Part shown: positions 1-16,589 of the stretch, piece by piece | Layout: every line of letters begins with the position of its first letter | Position numbering within the stretch: the first letter of the stretch is position 1 | Notes under the pieces: model-generated | Seen by the model: only the letters and a program-made list of their open reading frames with translations | Told to the model about the DNA's origin: nothing | Databases searched by the model: none | NCBI RefSeq assembly: GCF_963853765.1 | Contig: NC_088859.1 | Span: 30,380,001 to 30,444,000 of the forward strand | DNA from: Magallana gigas | Taxonomy: Eukaryota | Reading direction: 5' to 3' | DNA length: 64,000 nt | Position numbers and translations under genes: made by a program

Positions 1-251
1 AGATACAGAGCTCACAGTTTCCCTAGGTTTGAGTCATATTTTGTTGACATGACTTTATTACATTCAGCTTAAGATTTTTAACTTGGTATTTCCTATTCAG
101 CATTTAAAATGGAAAAAAAGAATGGCCTAAGATTTTCAATTCTTTTATTCACTCAAGACCAGTTCATTGGTATTTAAGGTTCAAAATCAGTTTATACAAA
201 TGTACACAAACACAGTCAAGGATCACATGTACAGTAGGAGTAATAATGACG

Positions 252-1604
252 AAAAAAGGTTAAGTTTACAATACAATAAGTTGTTAAAATTGGTTTCTGG
301 AAGAACAGACTTTGAAAATTTTCTTAATAAATATTGACAAATTTTTTACTTTTTTAATCTTTAGTTTTTAAGATCTGTGTACAAACATAGAATTGTGAGC
401 AAATCTCTGTATCTTAATTGCTTATAATTCGAAGCTTAACACTCAAATATGGTTAGTAAATAGAAATTGTAAACAATTAAACACAAGAAACATGCATGCA
501 CTATAACAAATAAAGAACACAATTTATTTTTTCGAAATGAATCATATATACACATGTATATATACCTACATATTTCCTTCAGCGATATCAAACTCTATTT
601 AAACTGAATAAACTCGAGAAAATGCCGAGCATCGATCTCAACAAAACCTATTGCATTAATCTACCATTACGCAAAAGATAATGCCGAATTACCGATAGAA
701 TGAATTGTATTTCAGTACTTTTTTGATACATCAGATTTTGCTTAATTTGCGCAGGTAAAGAGTTAACTGTTTGATCTACCGAAGTCTCTGTTTGAATTGA
801 TACGTAAAAATCACGAAATACGAGAGTTCCCAGGTTAAATTACAAAGCATAAATAATGAATACGAAACGAAAATCAGTCCTAGCTAACACCAACGTCATG
901 TGTGAAATCTGTCAACGCATTGAAATATTTAGCCTCAATTTACTTCACAAAATCGGCACCAATGTATTTTGCATGTTTCAAAAATTTCCCTTCATACACG
1001 AACTGTTGCATAAACAAGCAAATTCATCATAGTCAGATCGACCCTTTTTCGTATAATGTCATGGCTGCTTTAAACAAAGAACCTCGTTTTAGAAGTATGG
1101 AATACGAGTCTTGGTAAAATGGGTATGCAAACCCGGGCCGTGGCAAAATAAAAGCCGGGGTAGATCGGCAATCGTCAATTCCAAATACGCATTATTTTGC
1201 GGCAATATTTACAGCGAATACAAATATAACTGGTCCATCAAATATCCTGAAATTTTAATGAGATTGGCAGATTAATAACTGCCAATCTTTTGTTTTGACC
1301 AGGCCAAGTCTTGCCTACCCATTTTACCGGATGCCGAACCGAACCGAAGCTGAAACACGCCTTTCCTTTATCATTATTTTCGTAATAACTCAGATTTGAA
1401 ACTTAATTAGACCTTAATTTTTGCAATTTATATTTTCCTTCCCATAAGGATAATTTATGCTAAACTACGTTGAATTTGCCTCGGTAGTTCTTGAGAAGAA
1501 GATTTTTAAAAATGCACCCCCCTTTTTCTACAGTTTCAAGGTTTTCTCCGCTTTGAATACAGATCATACTTTTATTTCTGCAATTTATATTCGCCATCCC
1601 ATAA

Positions 1605-1636
<32 letters not shown>

Positions 1637-1746
1637 ATAAGCGGTTTTAGAGAAGAAGTTCAAAATGTAAAAAGTTTACAGACGGACGGACGGACGGACG
1701 GACAGACAGACGGACAGACGGACGACGGACAAAATGTGATCAGAAT

Positions 1747-1780
<34 letters not shown>
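252..1780. repeat. ~1.5 kb segment, duplicated directly at 3124-4640
   Basis: The sequence from 'aaaaaaggttaagtttacaatacaataag' (~252) to 'ctcaggtgagctaaaaa' (~1780) recurs, with small indels, from ~3124 to ~4640. Both copies end in the same ACGG/ACAG-microsatellite element. Confidence 0.9.
1330..1780. mobile_element. CvA/Pearl-like non-autonomous Helentron (HINE) with ACGG/ACAG microsatellite; second copy ~4190-4638
   Basis: It has an (ACGG/ACAG)n tract at 1678-1730 and the terminal hairpin 'agctcacttgagctttcagctcaggtgagctaaaa'. This matches my recollection of the bivalve CvA/Pearl HINE structure. Confidence 0.75.
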
Positions 1781-1784
<4 letters not shown>

Positions 1785-3127
1785 AGAGGCCCAGGGGCCA
1801 CATCGCTCACCTGAGCAACAATTGCCTTAATTCTGATCAAATTAGCATTACAGTATCAAAATATATTGACAACTGAGTACAGTAGATCTTGCTAAAAAAA
1901 ATTGAAAATCTGCCAATTTTTATCAACCTCTTATTTTTTGGTAAATACCAAGCCCCTTTTGTTGTTGTACCTGTAAGAAGATTTGTCTCTATTCCTATAT
2001 ACCCCCCCCCCCCCATTTCATGGCCCCATTTTTCTCTAGGGAATCATGGTTTCATCAGACTTAAATCTGCATAACCTTTGCTTTCACACTAAGTACTGAG
2101 TTTTGAACTGAACACTTTCCCAGAATAGTTTTAAAGATTTTCTCTTTATATTCCTATGTAAAAATTCAAACCGCCATCACGGTCCCGCCCTACCACTAAT
2201 GACTGTGATTTTGCAAACTTGAATTTACACTACCCAAGGATGCCTCTACACATGTTTAAACCCTTTCTGGCCAAAAATTCTTTAAAAAGAAGATTTTAAA
2301 GATTTTCTCTATATATTCCTAAGAAAAAATTCATCCCCCATTGTGGCCTCACCCTACCCCTGGACTATTATTTAAACAAACTTGAATCTATATGATCTGG
2401 GGATGCTTCCACTCAAATATGGCCTTTCCAGGCCTAATAGTTTTGAGGAGAAGACTTTTAAAGATTTTCTCTATCTATAAAAATTCATCCCCCATTGTAA
2501 CCCGCCCTACCCCCAGGGACCATGATTTGAACAAACTTGAATCTACACTTCCTAAGGATGGTTACATGCCAATTTGAGATTTCTTGGCCAAATATTTTTG
2601 AGTAGAAGATTTTTAAAAGATTTCCTCTATATATTCCTATATAAAACTTGATCCCCCAATTGTGGCCCCACCCTATCCCCGGGGACCATGATTTGAACAA
2701 CCTTGAATCTATACTATCTGAGGATGCTTCCACTCAAATTTGAGCTTTTCTGGCCTAATAGTTTTTGAGAAGAAGATTTTTAAAGATTTTCTCAATATAT
2801 TCCTATGTAAAACTTGATCCCCCAATTGTGGCCCCACCCTACCCATGGGAACTATGATTTGACAAACTTGAATCTACACTACCTGAGGATGCTTCCATTT
2901 TAATTTGAGCTTTCCTGGCCTAATAGTTTTTGAGAAGAAGATTTTTAAAGATTTTCTCTATATATTCTTATGTAAAACATGATCCCCCTTTTGTGGCCCC
3001 ACCCTACCCCAGGTGACCATGATTTGAACAAACTTGAATCTACACTTTCTGAGGATGCTTCCACTCAAATTTGAGCTTTCCTGGCCTAATAGTTTTTGAG
3101 AAGAAGACTGGCTCAGGTGAGCTAAAA
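1781..3127. mobile_element. HINE carrying an array of ~6 Cg170-like (~165 bp) satellite monomers
   Basis: It starts 'aacaagaggcccaggggccacatcgctcacctgagc' and ends 'gctcaggtgagctaaaaa'. Internal tandem units of 'gaagattttaaagattttctc...ccccaattgtggccccaccctacc...aacttgaatctacact..gaggatgcttcc' run from ~2120 to 3110. Confidence 0.8.
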
Positions 3128-4462
3128 AAGGTTAAGTTTACAATACAATAAGTTTCTGGAAGAAGAGACTTTGAAAATTTTCTTAATAAATATTGACAAT
3201 TTTTTTTACTTTTTTAATCTTTAGTTTTTAAGATCTGTGTACAAACATAGAATTGTGAGCAAATCTCTGTATCTTGCTTATAATTCGAAGCTTAACACTC
3301 AAATATGGTTAGTAAATAGAAATTGTACACAATTAAAACACAAGAAACATGCACTATAACAAATAAAGAACACAATTTATTTTTTCGAAATGAATCATAT
3401 ATATACATGTACATGTATATACCTACATATTTCCGACAGCGATATCAAACTCTATTTAAACTGAATAAACTCGAGAAAAAGCCGAGCATCTCAACAAAAC
3501 CAATTGCATTTATCTACCATTACGCAAAATATAATGCCGAATTACCGATAGAATGAATTATATTTCAGTACTTTTTTGATACATCAGATTTTGCTTAATT
3601 TGCGCAGGTAAAGAGTTAACTGTTTGATTTACCGAAGTCTCTGTTTGATTTGATACGTAAAAATCACGAAATACAGATGATAGTTCCCAGGTTACAAAGC
3701 ATAAATAATGAAAACGAAACGAAAATCAGAACAAGCTAACACCAACGTCATGTGTGAAAACTTTCAACGCGTTGAAATATTTAGCCTCAATTTACTACAC
3801 AAAATCGGCACCAATATATTTTGCATGTTTCAAAAATTTCCCATCATTCGCGAACTGTTGCACAACAAGCAAATTCATCATAGTCAGATCGACCCTTTTT
3901 CGTATAATGTCATGGCTGCTTTAAACAAAGAACCTCGTTTTAGATGTATGGAATACGAGACTTGGTAAAATGGGTACGCAAACCCGGGCCGTGGCAAAAT
4001 AAAAGCCGGGGCAGATCGGCAATCGTCAATTCCAAATACGCATTATTTTGCAGCAATATTTACAGCAAATACAAATATACTGGTCCATCATATATCCTGA
4101 AATTTTAATGAGATTGGCAGATTAATAACTGCCAATCTTTTGTTTTGACCAGGCCAAGTCTTGTCTACCCATTTTACCGGATGCCGAATCCGAAGCTATT
4201 AAACTGATTGAAACACGCCTTTCCTTTATTATTATTTTCGTAATAACTCAGATTTGAAACAGAATTAGACCTTAATTTTTGCAATTTATATTTTCCTTCC
4301 CATAAGGATAATTTATGCTAAACTACGTTGAATTGGAATCAGTAGTTCTTGAGAAGAAGATTTTTTAAAATGCACCCCCCTTTTTCTACAGTTTCAAGGT
4401 TTTCTCCGCTTTGAATACAGATCGGACTTTTATTTCTGCAATTTGTATTCGCCCTCCCATAA

Positions 4463-4494
<32 letters not shown>

Positions 4495-4604
4495 ATAAGC
4501 GGTTTTAGAGAAGAAGTTCAAAATGTAAAAAGTTTACAGACGGACAGACAGACGGACGGACAGACGGACGGACGGACGGACGACGGACAAAAAGTGATCA
4601 GAAT

Positions 4605-4640
<36 letters not shown>

Positions 4641-5639
4641 TATATTACAATATATTTCTCAGTAAAGTGCTATGGAAGAAAGACTTTACAGCCCTTTTGG
4701 CTCCTAAACTGAAGAGCCAGCCCCTTTTTCTTGGCATCAAATGAAAGGTCTTTTGATATTAAACATATTTTGTTCAAGAAGTGTTTAGAAATTCGTTGCC
4801 GTTTTTGAGCTATCTGGGATAGGACGTTTTAGGGGCCGACCCCTTATCTCCTTATTGGGGCCAGATAACGAAACTTTTATGATTGAATATTTTTTAAAAC
4901 GCCATTCTAAGCAACTTTTATTCTATATTGCTTTTCAAAATATTTGTCCTTTTTGAGATATAATTGACCGAAGTTTTGGACTTCTGGTCCCTTAAAACCC
5001 ATTATTACGTAATGCATGATAAAATTTTTATAATGTATAGTTTTATAAGTGAAAGATAAACATTTTTGCTTCTGAAATATATAACAAAAAATTTCTCAGT
5101 AAAGTGCTATGGAAGAAAGACTTTAAAGCCCTTATGGCCCCTAATTTGAGGGGCTAGCCCCTTTTTCTTGATATATAACAAAAGCTCTTGTAAATACAAA
5201 TTTTATTTCCTCTATATGTTATGTTAAAATATTTTCAGGAAAAGAGATAAAGAAGGAAAACCATTAAAAATTACGTCGTTTTTTTAAACTCGATTTTCGG
5301 GTCCAGGCGAGCTTCGACGCCTTTGAAGCCAGACAACCATAAATGCCTTTAAACACATCTACAATCTTTTGTCTACAATCCCTGAAAATTTGAATTCAAT
5401 ATCTTTTTTCGTTTAGGAGGAGATAGCAGGACAAAATGGCCCTCTAAAAATCACTAAAACGTCAATATCTTCCGAACGGAAATGACGTCATTAAAATAAA
5501 AAATTATATATAAGGTTTTTTATCAATATCTACAAGATCTGAAATTTTCACGGAAATCGGTCAAGTCGTTTTCAAGAAATCGCTTGTACAAAAATGCGTA
5601 AGAAAAAAAAAGAAAAGAAAAGAAAGAAAGCAATAGCAG

Positions 5640-5672
<33 letters not shown>
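4641..5672. mobile_element. Probable HINE-type non-autonomous element immediately 3' of TDH paralog 1
   Basis: There is an internal direct repeat (4655-4740 vs 5093-5170) and a terminal hairpin 'aaggtcttccgttggaaacggaagacctt' at ~5642-5670. Confidence 0.55.
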
Positions 5673-5675
<3 letters not shown>

Positions 5676-5871
5676 ATGCCTGTAATAACATCACAATTTA
5701 GAACAGCAAACAATCAAATATGCTTTTATAATGGACAAATAATTTCGTTAGAAACGAAAAGCATTTTTAAAAAGTATATTTAATATGGTGTAAAATTCTT
5801 GAGATTAATTCTTTTGCTGTCAGTGAGACTCATTAATGATACTAAAATAAATATATGCACTTAATGTTGTT

Positions 5872-9749
<3,878 letters not shown>

Positions 9750-10850
9750 GATTCCGGTGCTGTACCGCTTCCTCTGGTGTAGTGACGGCTAGAACTGGTC
9801 CGGAGGGTACAGCTAGGCAATAAATATCTGAGGGGCGGTGCACTGATTCAATCGAACGGTTTCCGGGTCTTTTTGCTATAAAATCTTTTATTTATAAACT
9901 TTTATAAGGAGCTATATAAAAAATATATATATATAAAACCATTCCTTCTGTTTCATCTCTATATTAAGAAAATTTTCTCAGAAACGTACATATATATATA
10001 CATGTATATATAGATAAATCCAAGAAAAACCTCAGTGGCTTTTTATATATTTTATATATAAAAAACTTTTATAAACTTTATAAATTTTTTATATAGCTTC
10101 TTATAAAACTTTATATAGCTTCTGAAGATTTTGAANNNNNNNNNNNNNNNNNNNNNNNNNNNNNNNNNNNNNNNNNNNNNNNNNNNNNNNNNNNNNNNNN
10201 NNNNNNNNNNNNNNNNNNNNNNNNNNNNNNNNNNNNNNNNNNNNNNNNNNNNNNNNNNNNNNNNNNNNNNNNNNNNNNNNNNNNNNNNNNNNNNNNNNNN
10301 NNNNNNNTATTCAATCGAACGGTTTCCGAGTCTTTTTGCTATAAAATTGACATAAAAAAAACCATTCCTTCTGTTTCATCTCTTTATTAAGAAAATTTCA
10401 CAGAAACTTAATAAAATATAGAGACTAGAAATATACAGCTTACGTCAATTTCACCTGTTACAGTCAAAACATTTGAATAGGCGGGGACAAATTACGCGGA
10501 AGTTTGAGAAAACATTGGAATGAAATTGTATTATTTCATCAATAAGTAAATAATCAGCAGATATGAAAAGATCACAGTTCGGGAGAGATTATACGCAAGG
10601 CAAAGCATTGTACGATGTCTTCAGAGAATCATAGGCGCTCGCCAGCTAATTTTGTAAATGACGAATCATATCTATGTCTACCCTCTATTCTATGAAACCA
10701 ACTGAATTTGATTAGAAAATTGATTTTATTGTACAGAGGGTATGCATATATTCGTATGTACGGTTCGGCGTAGAATTCACGTTATTTCTATATAAAAGCA
10801 GTACAAAATTATCTAATATTAAGACATTCAGTATAATAAAATGAATATTG

Positions 10851-10973
10851 CCTGTTTGGGAGGATAACAGCTGAAATTGACACTCCTCGAAAACCATTGT
10901 CAACCTCCGCTCCGCGTCGGTTGACAATGGTTTCCTCGGGGTGTCAATTTCAACTGTTACCATCCCAAACAGG
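10851..10973. repeat. ~120 bp near-perfect palindrome (foldback MITE core)
   Basis: cctgtttgggaggataacagctgaaattgacac...aaccattgtcaacc / ggttgacaatggtt...gtgtcaatttcaactgttaccatcccaaacagg. Confidence 0.8.
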
Positions 10974-11097
10974 CACTATTTATATAATGTTACCCGTTGC
11001 CAAGTGTGTTGCTAACGCTGAGGGTAATAGAACGGATTATCAACTGCGTCCAAACCAATCAGATTTCAGTATTTCACATAAAGTATAACAAAAATAT

Positions 11098-12073
11098 ATA
11101 CCGTAAATCTGGAAATTTTTTCGTCGATTAATTTTTTGCGAATTCGAGTCATAAAGCTATATATTAATTTTTACGTTATAAATTTTTGCGAATTGTCATC
11201 GGCGCTAAAAATAAAAAGCACTCAAATATTTATGTCAACATACTGACATGCACAATGTTAGCTAACCTTCGGACATCGTATATTACCGCCGCCTTTAATT
11301 TTCTTACGAATCGTATAATTATGTTTACCAACTTCATAAAGTATCATGTGAGAGTTGATGTCTGCAATTTATATCTTGTTCAAATTACCGATATATACAA
11401 TAACAGCAGCAAATGCAACAAAACTACCTAAAGGGGTATTCAAGATTTATAACGAGATAATTATCCCAATTAGCAGTTCACACCTTCACATGCGACGGTT
11501 TGTGTACACCACACAAGTATCGGAGGGTCACGTGTCAAACACAGGTAATGTTTTCCTGTGTCAAGCGAGCGAGAATGAGAAGGAAATGGCGGCATTCAGC
11601 GAGAAATTCAATTTTAATGAAAATACTGTACAAATTTTCGTATTCCGTGAATGTTGGTGTCCCGCCGGTACACTGTGAATGGGGGGTAAAAAACCCCACT
11701 ACATTCTGCGTAACGCCGGTACCTATCATATCTATGAATAAATCACGCATGCATGCAGTGTCAGCAGTATACATGTACACTTAAGATAAACATGAAGCTA
11801 CCAGTCAACCGAAGATACCGATTTTGAGTGAAGTCCTTCTCCACACGCTGGTTATAGCTTGGGGGTAATTACCTGGTTATATAACAGGTTTTTTAAATGA
11901 CCACTACTTACGGACACCTGTTCATATAGTAAGGAGAAGAGACCAGCCTTCGGCAAAATTTTTATTACTTTTTTTTTGTTGATTAATTTTTAGGAAAAAA
12001 TTTTTTGCGAATGCAGAGCACGCGCAAATTAACTAAATATTTATCTACGGTAAAAATTTCCAGATTTACGGTA
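11098..12073. mobile_element. Nested MITE with TIR 'ataccgtaaatctggaaattttt'
   Basis: The left TIR is at ~11098 and the inverted copy 'aaaaatttccagatttacggtat' is at ~12051-12073. Confidence 0.7.
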
Positions 12074-12660
12074 TCGTTCGTCAAAATTAGCTGGGAAGCG
12101 CCCATGCAGAGAGTGACAAGTCTGAAATCAAGTGGGCCATAAACCAGGGTTTATTCCTAGAGAAGAATAATTCAAATTCTGATTTAATAAATTGAAATTA
12201 TACCCAGATAAAAAAAATCTTTTCTTTTTTCGATAAGTGAATGTATAAGAATAGATATGCGCGTTCATTGTCTATCTATAGCATATACACAAACATGTGA
12301 TGACTGATTCTCTGAAGTCGTCGGACAATCCTTTGCCTTGCGTATAATCTCTACCGCATTGGAATCTTCTAATATTTGCTGAATATAAACTTATTGATGA
12401 AATAAAACATTTTTCAATCGCTTTGCTGCTATTAAATAAAATGTCTTTCGATCGCTTTAACTTATATAGCAAGTAAGAAACTCTGAGGGGGATTGGATAT
12501 AGACTTCTTAATATAACTATAGTTTCAATCCAATGTTTTCTCAGACGTCCACGTAATTTGTCCCCGCCAATTCAAATGTTTTGAACAACAGGTGAAACTG
12601 ACGTAAAACTTGCCAGTTAATGTACCGCGGTCTTACTCAAATGGAAAGAGTAAAAAATGT

Positions 12661-12794
12661 CATGCGCGGATCTAGAGGGGGGGGGGGGGGGGGGTCGGGG
12701 GGGTCCCTGGAAAATGAAAATTTATTAAATTTACATAGTAAAATTATCGCGAAAATATGCCTCGGACCCCCCCTGGCAAACACAATTATCCTTC

Positions 12795-12828
<34 letters not shown>

Positions 12829-12830
12829 AT
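12661..12830. mobile_element. Short G/C-tract MITE (CATGCGCGGATC...GATCCGCGCATG); partial relative at ~38400-38552
   Basis: Perfect 12-bp TIRs flank poly-G and poly-C tracts. Confidence 0.7.
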
Positions 12831-13123
12831 GAATGTTAATATGCACATGTGTTGTTTAAATAAATATTTGCTTGTAAGCGAAAAGATATCCTGATACATA
12901 TTTGTGTTTCTGGTTTTTTGTTTGTTTGTTTAAACTACATGTAGATGATTATTGGTCACTGATATAAGGAAATGTACATTTTTAAATCTTGATATTAATA
13001 TTGATAAGAATGAGATGTAATCATATTGAGATAGAAATTTAGACCAAAAAAAAAAGGATTTCTTTATTATTACCTTACGAAAGCGTATCGTTTGGCACTA
13101 TTTCGAAAAGTAATTCTTTTAAT

Positions 13124-15761
13124 GGTGTGTTCCCGTTTTGCACACATTTGATAATTGGGTATAGAACAACAGGTGTGATTTGTGTTGTGATAGCAATTAT
13201 AGTCTGCTTTCGGTCAAAGATTTTACCTGGATTTTTACCTGTGTTTTATCAGCGCCTTAACGATAGAACAAGAAGAATATAGATATTTTGTTCTGTTTTA
13301 TAAATATTTTTTGTATTCCTACGCCAGAGTTCAATATAGTCTCGTTCAACTCGACGCTCGGCTGTCTCCGTAAATCCTTGTCGGAGATTTACGGTGTCAG
13401 CCGTGCGTTTGGTTGAACGAGACGTACTAGAGTTCAATATTACTTGGATCCATACATTTTTCGAGAAATATTGCTATTACTGATACATAGTTTGGTTGAA
13501 TTAATTTTATCTTTAAATATTATTTAACATGATTCATATGGGGGTTTCTCGACATTCTTGTCGAAAAAGTCCAAAAATTCATATTATAAAAATGTGCGTA
13601 ATTCAAATTAGAAACTACATGTACTTGTCAAGCAAAGTAACATATCATTGATCTTAAAACAAAATCAACTCCCGTCAGTTCTTCAGTACTTTGATTTAAT
13701 ATTGATGCGATATACCTCAATCTGAAAAAGGTTGAAAATGCATGAATTAAGTCTTCATTTGATAGGTTTTGTGAAGTAATCTTTACAGTTTTTGAAGCAT
13801 ATAAAATTGCCGATGTATCATTATACAGTTTGTCTATTTCTTCGATTATTCAAGCCACAACATAAATGAAAAATATTTAGCAGCGTTCTCACTAGACGCA
13901 TTTCCTCCATATATGTCAGCAAAAGCAAGAATTATATATTAACATATTATGTTTTCTCTTCAAACTTTTAACATGTGCTTCCTATAGGCAGTAATTTAAG
14001 CAAAGGCGCTACATATTTGCAATATTCATGTTTAAAAAAATAATAAAATTGTTCATGACCAAATTGATGTTTCAAATCAAATTCATTAATATGGATGTCA
14101 ATTATTATGTAAATGTGATTTTATGCAAGTAATATTGTAACATAAAATAAATGTAAATATCAGTTGCGAGTGTAGATATGTTTTATTTATTTTATTGTCA
14201 ATTGCCCTCGCAGGAATTGTAATATAGGCTATAGCAATTAAGCAATTATCTTACCTAGTCAAATTCCCGTTTCGCACACATTTTTTCGATACCTCATTTA
14301 CAAATGTGTGCAAAACGGGAACAAACCGGTTTGTGTACACCACACAGGTATCGGAGGGTCACGTGTCAAACACAAGTAATGTTTTCCTGTGTCAAGCGAG
14401 CGAGAATGAGAAGGAAATGGCGGCATTCAGCGAGAAATTCAATTTTAATGAAAATACTGTACAAATTTTCGTATTCCGTGAATGTTAATGTCCCCCCGGT
14501 ACACTGTGAATGGGGTAAAAAAAACCCACTACATTCTGCGTAACGCCGGTACCTATCATATCTATGAATAAATCACGCATGCATGCAGTGTCAGCAGTAT
14601 ACATGTACACTTAAGATAAACATGAAGCTACCAGTCAACCGAAGATACCGATTATGAGTGAAGTCCTTCTCCACACGCTGGTTACAGCTTGGGGGTAATT
14701 ACCTGGTTATATAACAGGTTTTTTAAATGACCACTACTTACGGACACCTGTTCATATAGTAAGGAGAAGAGACCAGCCTTCGGCAAAATTTTTATTACTT
14801 TTTTTTTGTTGATTAATTTTTAGGAAAAAAAATTTTGCGAATGCAGAGCACGCGCAAATTAGCTAAATATTTATCTACGGTAAAAATTTCCAGATTTACG
14901 GTATCGTTCGTCAGAATTAGCTGGGAAGCGCCCATGCAGAGAGTGACAAGTCTGAAATCAAGTGGGCCATAAACCAGGGTTTATTCCTAGAGAAGAATAA
15001 TTCAAATTCTGATTTAATAAATTGAAATTATACCCAGATAAAAAAATTCTTTTCTTTTTTCGATAAGTGAATGTATAAGAATAGATATGCGCGTTCATTG
15101 TTTATCTATAGCATTTACACAAACATGTGATGACTGATTCTCTGAAGTCGTCGGACAATCCTTTGCCTTGCGTATAATCTCTACCGCATTGGAATCTTCA
15201 AATATTTGCTGAATATAAACTTATTGATGAAATAAAACATTTTTCAATCGCTTTGCTGCTATTAAATAAAATGTCTTTCGATCGCTTTAACTTATATAGC
15301 AAGTAAGAAACTCTGAGGGGGATTGGATATAGACTTCTTAATATAACTACAGTTTCCAATCCAATGTTTTAGCATATGATATTTTCTCTTCAAACTTTTA
15401 ACATGTGCTTCCCATAGGCAGTAATTTAAGCAAAGGCGCTACATATTTGCAATATTCATGTTTAAAAAAATAATAAAATTGTTCATGACCAAATTGATGT
15501 TTCAAATCAAATTCATTAATATGGATGTCAATTATTATGTAAATGTGATTTTATGCAAGTAATATTGTAACATAAAATAAATGTAAATATCAGTTGCGAG
15601 TGTAGATACGTTTTTATTATATATTTTATTGTCAATTGCCCTCGCAGGAATTGTAATATAGGCTATAGCAATTAAGCAATTATCTCACCTGGTCAAATTC
15701 CCGTTTCGCACACATTTTTTCGATACCTAATTTACAAATGTGTGCAAAACGGGAACAAACC
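13124..15761. mobile_element. GG...CC TIR element with 8-bp TSD (Merlin-like), expanded by an internal tandem duplication; it has two right TIRs
   Basis: Left TIR 'ggtgtgttcccgttttgcacacattt' starts at 13124. Right TIRs end at 14327 and 15761. The TSD 'cttttaat' is at 13116-13123 and 15762-15769. The superfamily is inferred only from termini and TSD length. Confidence 0.7.
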
Positions 15762-16589
15762 CTTTTAATACATAGTACATTTTAAATCACCCGCCATTTA
15801 CCTGTACAATGCATCTTTTGTTTACCTATGAGCCACATGGTTCTTTGAGTCTATGATCATAATAAGGGTTCTGTACATCTTTTAAAAACATGAATGACAT
15901 TTTTTGCGTAATATCTACCAATACAAAATAGTATTCGATGAGGAAAATCTGGATTGTTTTAATAATGAAGGTATGAAATGTTAGTACTGTAAAGCCTTCC
16001 AAATCATGTATTTCTTCACGATTACAAGTAATTTGTTTTCTTCTTTTTTAAATTGTGACATTATTTTTGAGGATTTATTAGGTATTGAGACTTATTACGT
16101 CAGTTCATTAAGAACATTATGTTCTTCCCAACTTTTATTTTTTACGTTCATTTAATGCATCCCACGTATTGACGTATTCATTAAAACAGATGGTACGACA
16201 AAAAATAGATTTATAAATACTTATCCCATGACCGACAACTTTTCCTTTGATCTTTATGAAGATGTATTTCGCATATCACGAAAAGTGTGGAGATATTTAC
16301 ATATAAAGTATTACGTATTCAATATTTAGCATCACATATCAAACTCTTTTAACTAAAATGTAGGAGGAGTTAATATGCAAATGAAACAAGATTATGTTGA
16401 TTTCGAAACGGAAATGAAACATCCGAACTAACAATAGTAAAGTTTTTTCCACAAAACTAGTAAATAATTATAACAGTTGGCTAGTTTCTATTTTTCACAT
16501 TTCTTGTGCAGAAAAAAAATTCAAATAGCCTACAAAACATTATTTTTATTTTCAAAAATGACAAAAAAGTGAATAATTTTTTCACTCAT

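Larger units (their letters stand above)
10437..12610. mobile_element. MITE with long subterminal inverted repeats, containing nested insertions
   Basis: 'ttacgtcaatttcacctgtt..caaaacatttgaataggcggggacaaattacg' (10440-10500) is the inverted match of 12540-12605. The blocks at 10585-10670 are inverted matches of 12070-12110 and 12300-12360. Confidence 0.7.

Noticed and set aside
902-4521. Short ORFs at 902, 1460, 1889, 2392, 2485, 3323, 3708 and 4339
   Set aside because: They lie inside duplicated HINE or satellite sequence, differ by frameshifts between copies, and have no recognisable domain.
10111-10355. ORFs consisting mostly of X (also at 19259-19722 and 38064-38459)
   Set aside because: They are artefacts of N-gaps.
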